DNA from: a virus
DNA: 64,000 bases
Direction: 5' to 3' (one strand)
Virus genome (UHGV): UHGV-1962423
A model generated the notes under the pieces. It was not told where the DNA came from. It ran no database searches and saw only the letters and a list, made by a program, of their open reading frames with translations. Within the stretch, counting starts at the first letter, position 1; each line of letters starts with the position of its first letter. Positions 55,968-64,000 of this stretch are shown one piece after another. A program made the translations under genes and the position numbers.

Positions 55968-56483
55968 ATGTCAGTAAATATTAACATGAATCTTTATACT
56001 AAACGTGAACGTCAGATTCTGGCGAATCAACCCGGTGTTACGACTATTGACGGTAAACCCATTGACCGTTTAAAAGTTATCGTTGCGCGAAATTGCCATG
56101 AACGCGATTGGGACATTACCTACTTCCGTTGTTGTTCGGTCGCAAACGCGCTTACCCAACTCTCCAACTACCACCCAGGGCCGTTATTAAAAGACTGGGT
56201 TTGGTTAGTACCCAAAACACCTTCGGCGATTGAATACCCCTCAGGGTTGGTTTATATCCGTCCTGTTGCTTATCCAGAACGTCTGAAAGAGTATCTTGAA
56301 GTTATCTGGAACCGTCCTCGTAAAGAGCTGGTGACGATCATTAATTTACTGCAACAGATCGATATCCCCGGAGTTTTGAATTTGAAACTCACGTCTCGCG
56401 ATATTAACCAGGCTTACTGGGAACTAGAGTGGACAGAACCGAAATTCGAAAACACTAACCGTATTTTCTTGCACCGGGGGTAA
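55968..56483 (+). CDS. hypothetical protein (171 aa)
   Basis: AAAGGAG RBS. Confidence 0.75.
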   Translation: MSVNINMNLYTKRERQILANQPGVTTIDGKPIDRLKVIVARNCHERDWDITYFRCCSVANALTQLSNYHPGPLLKDWVWLVPKTPSAIEYPSGLVYIRPVAYPERLKEYLEVIWNRPRKELVTIINLLQQIDIPGVLNLKLTSRDINQAYWELEWTEPKFENTNRIFLHRG

Positions 56484-56485
56484 AA

Positions 56486-56767
56486 ATGTTAAATTGGTTG
56501 TTGGGTTTAATTAACTCACGTCAACAGGAGCTTTATAAAGAAAACACACGATTACGGCAGGAACTTAATAACAATCGTCAGACCAAACGACAATTAATTC
56601 GGATGGTAAAACAACAGGCGCGTTGTATACGGGATATCGATTATCAGTATCACCGTCTGAATACCTTAGACCCAACAACAAAAGCTTTAGGTAGTACGAT
56701 TGGACACGCACGTAAAGTCAGTCACGATGCGTTAGTTCGAATCGATACAATAGAAGAGAAACTGTGA
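56486..56767 (+). CDS. hypothetical basic coiled-coil protein (93 aa)
   Basis: Followed by hairpin ctccctcgg-tttt-ccgagggag. Confidence 0.65.
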   Translation: MLNWLLGLINSRQQELYKENTRLRQELNNNRQTKRQLIRMVKQQARCIRDIDYQYHRLNTLDPTTKALGSTIGHARKVSHDALVRIDTIEEKL

Positions 56768-56810
56768 TTAGCACTCCCTCGGTTTTCCCGAGGGAGATAA
56801 GGTGTTTTGC

Positions 56811-57200
56811 ATGAAGCGTTTATCTTACTTAAAAAGACGTTTGTTACTAAAGGTCCAATTATTCATCAATGGGAAAGTTAAAAACTGGCTATGTGGTGAA
56901 AGGGTACAACGTATCGTCAGTGAGGGCGACTGGTATACGGAAATCGTGGTTTCCCCAAATGGCGAGCTTATAAACGTTACCATTCGTGACGTTTTGGTTA
57001 AGATTGGCAGGGAAGGTGGTTTGCTGTTTGAATCGGAAACTACAAAAGTCGTTGCTAAACAATTGAAAGAAGGTCGGATTATATTCAACGTTGCTGCCCA
57101 AAAATACTACGACAATTTATTCGAATGTCAACGAGCAATAGGCAGAATGACTCGTGAGATGCGAAGAATGCACATCACGGAGATCACTATAGGAGTTTAA
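56811..57200 (+). CDS. hypothetical protein (129 aa)
   Basis: Track start GTG 56802; ATG 56811 with AAGGTG 6 nt upstream. Confidence 0.65.
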   Translation: MKRLSYLKRRLLLKVQLFINGKVKNWLCGERVQRIVSEGDWYTEIVVSPNGELINVTIRDVLVKIGREGGLLFESETTKVVAKQLKEGRIIFNVAAQKYYDNLFECQRAIGRMTREMRRMHITEITIGV

Positions 57201-57202
57201 CG

Positions 57203-57511
57203 ATGGAAAATAAAATCGCAAACACAACGGCACCTGAGAACATCGTCAACTATATTCTCAGTGGCGGGTTATTAGAAGACAACAAAGAAACGTGCGATAA
57301 ACTCGTTTCACAACTACTGCCTATTCGTTCAGAATACTGCGAAATCGTTATCTTAGGTTCTGAGTATTGCGTACGTTCTTACTGTCGTCGTTTCGAAGCC
57401 TTACGCGTTCCACGTACGTTAGGTGGCGTGATACTCTTAGTCTCTAACTTTCACAGTGCACACGTTCGTGTTGCAACCTGGATTGCAAACGGTGGCGATA
57501 ATGGTTTTTAA
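57203..57511 (+). CDS. hypothetical protein (102 aa)
   Basis: GGAG RBS; ORF starts 2 nt after upstream stop. Confidence 0.7.
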   Translation: MENKIANTTAPENIVNYILSGGLLEDNKETCDKLVSQLLPIRSEYCEIVILGSEYCVRSYCRRFEALRVPRTLGGVILLVSNFHSAHVRVATWIANGGDNGF

Positions 57512-57612
57512 TTTATTTAAACGTAAGGAATGTCCTGTCTGCGAAACCTGCGAAAAAAATTATCTCTACGCAAGATGAGCTAATCAAACAGCAAGATAAG
57601 TTGCTCACTGAA

Positions 57613-57789
57613 ATGGGCGAACTCTATTTTAAACTTTGTGCTATTACCGAACTGGTTAGTGAAGGTGTGTTAACGAAAGACGGTGGATTAGAGTTGGTCA
57701 AGAAGGCAACGATTCACTGTCGTCCTGAAGTAGAAAAATATAAACTTGAAGTGAAACGTGAAATGTGGGAGATTATTAATGAAGCGTGA
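57613..57789 (+). CDS. hypothetical small protein (58 aa)
   Basis: Frame open from 57502; first ATG at 57613, weak RBS; start uncertain (TTG 57601 in track). Confidence 0.4.
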   Translation: MGELYFKLCAITELVSEGVLTKDGGLELVKKATIHCRPEVEKYKLEVKREMWEIINEA

Positions 57790-58060
57790 AACAGTTGTAT
57801 TTCGTAGTAATGGTGATGTGGTTTTGTATCGTGGTAAGAAACGTATTCGTACGTTAGAATACCGTGAAGCAAAACGTTTTGTTGAAGAGTGTGCATGGTT
57901 AATGCATTACGAAGGGAACTATCGTGCTATCTTAGAAGCTCCGCGTTTAGAACGTGCGGTTGCACAGATGGCAATAGGTAATCCTAAGAACTGTTACCTG
58001 GCCCGTAAGCCAAAATACTTACAGCGTCTTTCGTTAGGCAGCTTTATTGCTGGATTTTAA
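57779..58060 (+). CDS. hypothetical protein (93 aa)
   Basis: ATG 57779 with GGGAG 8 nt upstream; track start GTG 57758. Confidence 0.6.
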   Translation: MKRETVVFRSNGDVVLYRGKKRIRTLEYREAKRFVEECAWLMHYEGNYRAILEAPRLERAVAQMAIGNPKNCYLARKPKYLQRLSLGSFIAGF

Positions 58061-58070
58061 TAAAAATAAT

Positions 58071-58112
58071 TTCAGATATATATTACCTAGGTGAGAGTTC
58101 AGTTACTCTCAC
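58071..58112 (+). promoter_or_regulatory. conserved promoter-like box TTCAGATATATATTACCTAGGTGAGAG plus hairpin
   Basis: Hairpin gtgagagt-tcagtt-actctcac; about 30 nt upstream of ATG 58143. Confidence 0.6.
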
Positions 58113-58142
58113 TTAACCAAAACCATTTTAGGAGCATATACC

Positions 58143-58637
58143 ATGAACTTCACTAGACTTGACTACACTAACGAATTAGTCGACAAAGAAAAATACAAAT
58201 TCACCGTTGGCTTGGGTTACGGATTACTGGACGTAGAAAAAGACGTCCTGCACAAAGAATTCCGTGAACAGTTCGGTGCTCTGTTCTGCGCAGGTTTCCG
58301 CAGAAACACTATCGATATCGGTTATAGCGCAACAGCGTATACCGACGAAGAAATGTTTAAGCTGGTAACACAGATTATCGGTACGCGTGGAGCCAAACGA
58401 CTCAACTATTCCAACGAACTTGTTTCGAAAGAACATTACAAGTTCACCGTTAGACTACCTGTTCCCCTCACAGAAGAGGATAAGAACATCCTCTATAAAG
58501 CCCTTCAAACCGAATTCGGTAAAACGCTCAAAGTAGGGTTCCGTAATCGTAGTATCGATATCGGAATTAGTGTAGACGTATGCAGTGACGATGACCTTTA
58601 CGAACTAGTTTCGGAAGTTATCGGAAAACATCTTTAA
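58143..58637 (+). CDS. hypothetical protein made of two tandem ~80-aa homologous domains (164 aa)
   Basis: TAGGAG RBS; halves align (LDYTNELVDKEKYKFTVGL...GFRRNTIDIGYS vs LNYSNELVSKEHYKFTVRL...GFRNRSIDIGIS). Confidence 0.8.
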   Translation: MNFTRLDYTNELVDKEKYKFTVGLGYGLLDVEKDVLHKEFREQFGALFCAGFRRNTIDIGYSATAYTDEEMFKLVTQIIGTRGAKRLNYSNELVSKEHYKFTVRLPVPLTEEDKNILYKALQTEFGKTLKVGFRNRSIDIGISVDVCSDDDLYELVSEVIGKHL

Positions 58638-58680
58638 CGTAAATTAACACTTCGACTTGTAAATCTAAAAGGAAAATAAA

Positions 58681-59472
58681 ATGGCTACTTTAACTATTGC
58701 TAATACTCTTACTCCTCGTAAAATGAAACGTCTTACGACTTTTATCTCTCGCTGCACACCTAGCGTCAAATTGGAAACGACCTCTGACAAAATCACGTTT
58801 TGGACTTATAGTGACGTAGAACTTGAAACTGTGAAAGGGTTTGTTAATGGGCTAGTTGAAAATACCGCATCATCACTCGTTATTAGCTTCACTAGCGAAA
58901 ATAGCGAGATGAACGAAGCAACAATTTCGGATGCAATCTATTACGCGACTGGCAATAATTTTGATACCGCCGACAGACTTAATCTTTCTAATAACCTTTG
59001 TAAAATCGACGACAAGACTTACATCCTGTATTTTAATAGTCCGTTCCCACAAATCGGAGGTTTTAAACATTATCTTTCAATGAAACCTATCTTGGGTATA
59101 GAAGTTTTCTCTACGGATCTTGAAGACAATGTACAGCTAAACCGTATTCGTTATCGTGGTAAACGTCCAACCGAAACAGATTCTGAATACGGTGCTTGTG
59201 CTGAATGTATTCTGGTTCATAAAGATCGCTTCGCTTACTACAACCAAGACGATATTGAACGTCTTGTAGAAGCCGTCAATTTATACACTCGCGATTTTGC
59301 ATTCCGATTGGTTTATAACACTTATCCGAATGGTGTAACGGCTTTCTATATCCCTCCCTACCTTTTCGACAAGGTTTATTGTATTCTGTCTAAAGAACTG
59401 GAAAAAATTAAACCGGTTTTCGTGGGCGAAGACGCTATGGCTTATATCAGGAGTGGTGCTAATGTCCTCTAA
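58681..59472 (+). CDS. hypothetical protein (263 aa)
   Basis: AAAGGAAAA RBS. Confidence 0.75.
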   Translation: MATLTIANTLTPRKMKRLTTFISRCTPSVKLETTSDKITFWTYSDVELETVKGFVNGLVENTASSLVISFTSENSEMNEATISDAIYYATGNNFDTADRLNLSNNLCKIDDKTYILYFNSPFPQIGGFKHYLSMKPILGIEVFSTDLEDNVQLNRIRYRGKRPTETDSEYGACAECILVHKDRFAYYNQDDIERLVEAVNLYTRDFAFRLVYNTYPNGVTAFYIPPYLFDKVYCILSKELEKIKPVFVGEDAMAYIRSGANVL

Positions 59473-59893
59473 ACTTAAAGATGAATTGCGTGATTACATT
59501 CGTAAATACCCAGCCAGTATTCCGGTACTGGCTTCACTCTCTCTGTCGGGTATGGACCTTAATACCTTAACGGTAGAAAAATTCCACGAAGTGGTAAAAT
59601 CATCGTACCAAATTGTTACCGATATGTCAGTGCGGAAACGTGCTGACTACCCAGACGGTGATTTCGGTACGGAGATGTTCACAGACTACGCAGTTGCGTA
59701 TCTGATGGGACGTCACTTTATCGATAAACTCAATACGGCTGTAGAAGGAGAAACAGTTTCGGAAATTGTCAATGCTTGGCAACAACGTACTGTGAGTGAT
59801 GCTTACTGTCGTCAAGCCTTAAAGAAAATGTCGGCAGTAGCGCTAACCAATGACCAACGTGCTTTAGAGTTCCTTAAGCACAATTACGAATAA
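59462..59893 (+). CDS. hypothetical protein, paralog of 61177..61608 (143 aa)
   Basis: ATG 59462 with AGGAG 9 nt upstream (track start GTG 59453); LKDELRDYIRKYP vs LKDDIRNYIRNNP in the paralog. Confidence 0.7.
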   Translation: MSSKLKDELRDYIRKYPASIPVLASLSLSGMDLNTLTVEKFHEVVKSSYQIVTDMSVRKRADYPDGDFGTEMFTDYAVAYLMGRHFIDKLNTAVEGETVSEIVNAWQQRTVSDAYCRQALKKMSAVALTNDQRALEFLKHNYE

Positions 59894-59914
59894 TTTACCA
59901 AAAGGAAAAGTACC

Positions 59915-61099
59915 ATGTTTAATATTGAAATTACCCCGCTCGTTAAAACTAAAATCCGTCCGGTTCCCGAAGCACAATTACTCGTACAGCTTTATCATGT
60001 ATTCCTAGATAAAGGTGTGGATTTCCGTGTAGAACAGGTCAACGATGAAAGCATCGTATTCTACTGGACTCACAGCAATGATTACCTTTACACTATCGTG
60101 AAAGAAATCGGTGAGTTACTCAACCCAGTAGCCACGAACGCCTGGGTAGAATCGACCGAGACTGAACAACCGAAAGTCGAAGAACAGCAACAGTCTATAA
60201 ACAAGAGTCACGACCCGTACGTTTGCCGATATGATGTCGAAACGATCGAGAAAATTAAAGAAGTGTTAGAGATCTTCTATCCTGATGACTTATACATCAG
60301 TCGGCAATACGACATGTTAGCTGTCAGTATGAAGGAATTCGATCCTAAGATCATGAAAGATATTCGTAGCATCATTGCTTCGATTGTTTACGACACCGTT
60401 CGACTTATTTCGTTTCAAGGTATCGGAAAAGGTGAAGCGGACGAATTCATGCGTATGGCTGTTCACGAACACAAGGAGAAAATTCGCCAGTCTAATTACG
60501 CTAACGATACTTTAACTGTGCTTGTTGATAATGACCCTGTTGTTATTAACCAGCTGAACATCCGTATGCGTCAGTTAACAAAGAAAATTTTTCTTAAAGA
60601 GGAGCAATCGCTTGAAGAGTCCAAAGTGTCGAAAGTCTTTACTTACACTGGCCCAGATGCCAAAGCGATTGACGATACTTTGACAGCTTTCTATTCTAGC
60701 AAAGTGGAGACTAAACTCGAGGGCGAAGAACTCACTATTAAATGGAAATGGTGGGACATTGCTCTTGAAGAAGAAATTCATAGTCTCATTAAAGAGATTG
60801 TTGACGACCGTCTACGTCTTCTAACAATCACTACTATTGGGAAAGAAGATGCCGATACGTTTATGCGTGGTATCACTCGTTGGTTCCCTGAGAAAGTCCG
60901 TCAGTGGACTTACACAAACGATACACTTACCATTCTGCTCAATTATGAACCCGGTATTATTGGAAAGTTAAAAACTCATCTGCGTGACTTGTGGTCAGTT
61001 CGTTTTCTTAATAATAACGAGCACTTACTCGACGCGTACTTTAGAGAAATATCTTCTGGCGTAGGTTGCAACTGCCCTAACTGTCAAAAACGTCGTTAA
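59915..61099 (+). CDS. hypothetical protein with internal duplication and C-terminal Cys cluster (394 aa)
   Basis: Repeated ADEFMRMAVHEHKEKIRQSNYANDTLTVLV / ADTFMRGITRWFPEKVRQWTYTNDTLTILL units; C-terminal GVGCNCPNCQKRR. Confidence 0.8.
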   Translation: MFNIEITPLVKTKIRPVPEAQLLVQLYHVFLDKGVDFRVEQVNDESIVFYWTHSNDYLYTIVKEIGELLNPVATNAWVESTETEQPKVEEQQQSINKSHDPYVCRYDVETIEKIKEVLEIFYPDDLYISRQYDMLAVSMKEFDPKIMKDIRSIIASIVYDTVRLISFQGIGKGEADEFMRMAVHEHKEKIRQSNYANDTLTVLVDNDPVVINQLNIRMRQLTKKIFLKEEQSLEESKVSKVFTYTGPDAKAIDDTLTAFYSSKVETKLEGEELTIKWKWWDIALEEEIHSLIKEIVDDRLRLLTITTIGKEDADTFMRGITRWFPEKVRQWTYTNDTLTILLNYEPGIIGKLKTHLRDLWSVRFLNNNEHLLDAYFREISSGVGCNCPNCQKRR

Positions 61100-61176
61100 T
61101 TAACGACTTTCTAAATTCATCTAGAGGGGTGGTTTACCACCCCTCTATTATTGTATTTACCTAAAGGAGTATTAAA

Positions 61177-61608
61177 ATGTTTTTCGTATTAAAAGATGAT
61201 ATCCGTAACTACATTCGTAACAACCCTATTGCTCTGGGCGTTTTAGCAGGTTTCTGTCGTCCAAATACTGATTTCGATTTAGTTAAGTTAGAAGAATATC
61301 AGGAAATTGTGAATACTAACTACATGCACATCTGTAGCTGGGGTAAACGTCCTCGCGAAGAGTACCCTGTAGGTGAGTTAGGTGACACTATGCATCGTGA
61401 CCAGAATCTGATGCACGAATTCGTTGAATACACACTGGAAAATCTTAACTATCCGCTTCTGGTCGACACTGTACCAGAAATGGTTGACGAATGGTTAAGT
61501 CGTGTTTACAATGACCCTACTGCCAGCACTCTACTGAGTCAGATGTCGCAAACTTCTCGTGATATCGACACCCGGACCCTGATGTACCTAGCACACAACG
61601 TTCGCTAA
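61177..61608 (+). CDS. hypothetical protein, paralog of 59462..59893 (143 aa)
   Basis: AAAGGAG RBS; same length and N-terminal motif as the paralog. Confidence 0.75.
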   Translation: MFFVLKDDIRNYIRNNPIALGVLAGFCRPNTDFDLVKLEEYQEIVNTNYMHICSWGKRPREEYPVGELGDTMHRDQNLMHEFVEYTLENLNYPLLVDTVPEMVDEWLSRVYNDPTASTLLSQMSQTSRDIDTRTLMYLAHNVR

Positions 61609-61614
61609 CCTTAC

Positions 61615-61680
61615 TCCGCTATAGGCTTCGGTCTATAGCGGAATTAATTTTCTTTCCCTTTTCTTTTTTGTTATTTTGAC
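61615..61680 (+). terminator. rho-independent terminator
   Basis: ccgctatag-gcttcggt-ctatagcgg followed by T-rich tract. Confidence 0.7.
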
Positions 61681-61774
61681 ACCACTTTACTTACACCCTA
61701 CCCGACTATTCCTATGCTGGCTGAGGGATGTAAAACGACCTCTTAAACCTTTTTACTTACTGTGAGTTAACGCG

Positions 61775-62623
61775 ATGTCTCTTACGTCAAAACAGAAACT
61801 GCTAAAACTCATCAACACTGAAAACAATATTAGTCCACCGTTGACTTTCAGTGATGTTGATATCGGAGAACCTACTGGTACTGGGGTTGATACCCAGGTG
61901 GTTCTGACCTCTAAACTCAAAGGCGATGAGTCTACTACTTTAACAGTGACTTACCACCGTCGTAATTTACCTGACTACTTAACCGGTGAGTTGGTTTTCG
62001 GTAACGACAGTGTGGTAACCGCATCAGATTTGCTTAATGCGATCAACGCAAAATACAACCTAAATATTTTACCCTCGGATATCGTTGACGCAAAAGTTGA
62101 AGGTGAAACCCATCAGCTTACCGCTAACGAGAAATCTTACGAGTGGTGCGGTGTAGTAACACTTACGCTGCGTGATCCTATTGACCTGACTGAACTGTTA
62201 CCAGTTACTCAATTAGAGAATCTGGTAGAGTATCCGTCCACTAAGAAAGGTAACGCTGCGGTTTATTCTCACCCGATCGATTTCACCGCAGAAAAAGATT
62301 ACCTTGACCCGATTACTATCAACGACACCGTAGACTTGGTCGAGTTAGCCGCTAAACTGGATGGCGTCGTTGACGAGAAATGGGTAAGTGTGCCTAAGAA
62401 CGCGACTAACAACCTGTACGGTGCGAAGGTTATTTACGATGGCCCAACCGCAGGTTACGAAGGCGCAAATACGAAGTTCACTCGTGTGTTGGTGCTGACG
62501 CTCAGCCCGCTGTGTTCTAACCTGACAGGTAATCTGTTAATCCACTTTAACGGTACCGATCGTCCGAAGTCGAAGATTGAATTAGCACAGACTAATCCGG
62601 TCTTACCGGGATTCTTAGATTAA
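61775..62623 (+). CDS. hypothetical protein (282 aa)
   Basis: Long ORF; paralogous to the following truncated gene. Confidence 0.75.
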   Translation: MSLTSKQKLLKLINTENNISPPLTFSDVDIGEPTGTGVDTQVVLTSKLKGDESTTLTVTYHRRNLPDYLTGELVFGNDSVVTASDLLNAINAKYNLNILPSDIVDAKVEGETHQLTANEKSYEWCGVVTLTLRDPIDLTELLPVTQLENLVEYPSTKKGNAAVYSHPIDFTAEKDYLDPITINDTVDLVELAAKLDGVVDEKWVSVPKNATNNLYGAKVIYDGPTAGYEGANTKFTRVLVLTLSPLCSNLTGNLLIHFNGTDRPKSKIELAQTNPVLPGFLD

Positions 62624-62636
62624 GAGGATTACAGTA

Positions 62637-63161
62637 ATGACCAATCAAGAAACTATCTTCGACCTTATTAAAAAGGCTAACCCAGACGCTGAGTTCGACA
62701 CCACCAAAGTCACACTGGGTGACCCGGTCGTAACCACCGGTACGTACAATACCGAAATCACAGTTGCGTCAATTAAGAATCTCGGTTATACTAACGAACA
62801 AACGTTCCAGTATAACCGGATCGACGCAGGTTTGTATTTCCTGAACGTATTACCGAAACTGTTGGTGGAATCGGCAACAACGACCGCTGACTTACTGCCT
62901 GTCATTAACGAGCAGTACAGCCTAACCCTTACAGAAGACGATGTATGGGTAGAGCAGGTTGGTGAGTTACCGTTAGACGGAAGCGCAATCGAACACGGTA
63001 TTTTCTTCCGTCCTGAGTGTCTGACCTGGGTTGGCGGTTTTACAGTGCGAGTTGCGCGTAAACCGGCTGGCGCTACGCCACCCGAGACATGGAGGAGCCC
63101 CAGACCGCCGAATCCTGGCGCACCATGCCCCAGAAGGCGGCCGAGTGGTGGAAAAAGGTAA
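62637..63161 (+). CDS. paralog of 61775 gene, disrupted at the composition junction near 63070
   Basis: First ~145 codons are phage-like and align to the upstream paralog; the remaining frame runs into high-GC DNA with implausible Pro/Arg-rich translation. Confidence 0.5.
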   Translation: MTNQETIFDLIKKANPDAEFDTTKVTLGDPVVTTGTYNTEITVASIKNLGYTNEQTFQYNRIDAGLYFLNVLPKLLVESATTTADLLPVINEQYSLTLTEDDVWVEQVGELPLDGSAIEHGIFFRPECLTWVGGFTVRVARKPAGATPPETWRSPRPPNPGAPCPRRRPSGGKR

Positions 63162-63229
63162 ACGCAGGTGAAATTGAGAACCCGTTTATTTTCGAGCACA
63201 GCAACGAGCCGGAGGACTACGAGTTTTAA
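63089..63229 (+). CDS. small hypothetical ORF in high-GC segment (46 aa)
   Basis: Not in track. ATG 63089 to TAA 63227-63229; followed by a 10-bp-stem hairpin (63241-63273). Weak evidence. Confidence 0.25.
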   Translation: MEEPQTAESWRTMPQKAAEWWKKVNAGEIENPFIFEHSNEPEDYEF

Positions 63230-63304
63230 TTCCAAAGCGCGGAAGAAGGGGCGGCCGGTACGTCCCTTCTTCCTGTGCATTGCTTATAAAGGAGTGTCAC
63301 AGCT

Positions 63305-64000
63305 ATGGCAAAGACCATCATCACCGCCGCGCTGACCGGCGCGGTCACCCCCGCGGGCTACAAGATCCCCGAGACGCCCCAGCAGATCGCCAACGAGGCT
63401 TACGACGCCTGGAAGCTGGGCGCCGCCGTGGTACACCTGCACATGCGGGCCGACGACGGCCTGGGTGCCATGGACAAGGAGAAATTCCGGGAGACCATCC
63501 GGCTTATCCGCAGCCACCAGGACTGTGATGTCATTATCAACTGCACCTCCTCCGGCGCTTCTGCCGAGCATCCCGCCACGGATGAGGAGCGGATGGCCCA
63601 TCACCGGGAGCTGGAGGGCATCGAGATGGGTTCCTATGATGCCGGTACCTTCAACTGGATGCCCGGCGGCGTGTTCGTCAACTCCCCCCAGTTCCTCGAG
63701 AAGCTGGGCGATCTTTACATGGAGAAGGGCATCAAGCCGGAGCTGGAGATCTTTGACGCTGGCATGCTGGGCGTGGCCAGCTACTTCGTGAAGAAGGGCC
63801 ACCTGTCCACCCCCTGCCACTACCAGTTCTGCCTGGGCGTGCTGGGCGGCATGCCCGCCACGGTGGAGAACCTGCTCTACCTGGTGCAGCACATCCCCGC
63901 CGGTTCCACCTGGTCGGCCTTCGGCGTGGGCAAGGGCCCCCTGCCCATCCTGTTCGCCTCCCTGGCCCTGGGCGGCCACATCCGCGTGGGCATGGAGGAC
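63305..64000 (+). CDS. kce: 3-keto-5-aminohexanoate cleavage enzyme-like protein (BKACE/DUF849), 3'-truncated at window edge
   Basis: Not in track because no stop in window. AAAGGAG RBS then MAKTIITAALTGAVTP..., HLHMRADDG, GGHIRVGMED; GC-rich third codon positions; frame open to the end of the window. Confidence 0.7.
   Translation, partial: MAKTIITAALTGAVTPAGYKIPETPQQIANEAYDAWKLGAAVVHLHMRADDGLGAMDKEKFRETIRLIRSHQDCDVIINCTSSGASAEHPATDEERMAHHRELEGIEMGSYDAGTFNWMPGGVFVNSPQFLEKLGDLYMEKGIKPELEIFDAGMLGVASYFVKKGHLSTPCHYQFCLGVLGGMPATVENLLYLVQHIPAGSTWSAFGVGKGPLPILFASLALGGHIRVGMED

Noticed and set aside
63284-63979. 231-codon minus-strand ORF and short + ORFs (63280..63528, 63465..63791) in the high-GC tail
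   Set aside because: High-GC DNA is open in many frames. Only the + frame from 63305 gives a coherent DUF849/BKACE-like protein with an RBS; the others translate to Gly/Arg/Ala-rich nonsense.
1-64000. tRNA or rRNA genes
   Set aside because: No cloverleaf-compatible segment with a T-loop consensus was seen in intergenic gaps; gaps are short and filled by terminators and promoter boxes. A proper tRNAscan was not possible, so this is a weak negative.

Overview
Almost the whole window (about 1-63070) reads as densely packed DNA of a large virulent tailed phage, with moderate GC and codon usage like phages of Gram-negative enteric-type hosts. Nearly all genes are on the + strand, often with ATGA/TAATG start-stop overlaps; only two large genes are on the - strand. 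Products I can support from motifs are dihydrofolate reductase, a RuvC-like resolvase, thymidylate kinase, Dam-type N6-adenine methyltransferase, three GNAT-type acetyltransferases, an HTH regulator, a strongly codon-biased 761-aa major structural protein (possibly capsid), and a tail-fibre locus. That locus holds a 1438-aa fibre with T4-like fibre repeats and a C-terminal self-cleaving chaperone domain, plus a second 710-aa receptor-binding protein sharing the same N-terminal anchor. Most other genes are hypothetical. The most unusual signals are a near-identical promoter-like box followed by a variable hairpin upstream of five genes, G10 homopolymer tracts inside the fibre locus, three tandem small paralogous genes, an in-frame TAG in a small ORF, and two divergent gene pairs whose start codons lie only 12-13 bp apart. 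The last ~900 bp (from about 63080) switch abruptly to very high GC and encode the N-terminal part of a 3-keto-5-aminohexanoate-cleavage-enzyme-like (DUF849) protein; this junction truncates a phage gene and looks like an assembly or concatenation chimera. I found no tRNA, rRNA or CRISPR array. All calls rest on reading the sequence and ORF track by eye; no database search was run.
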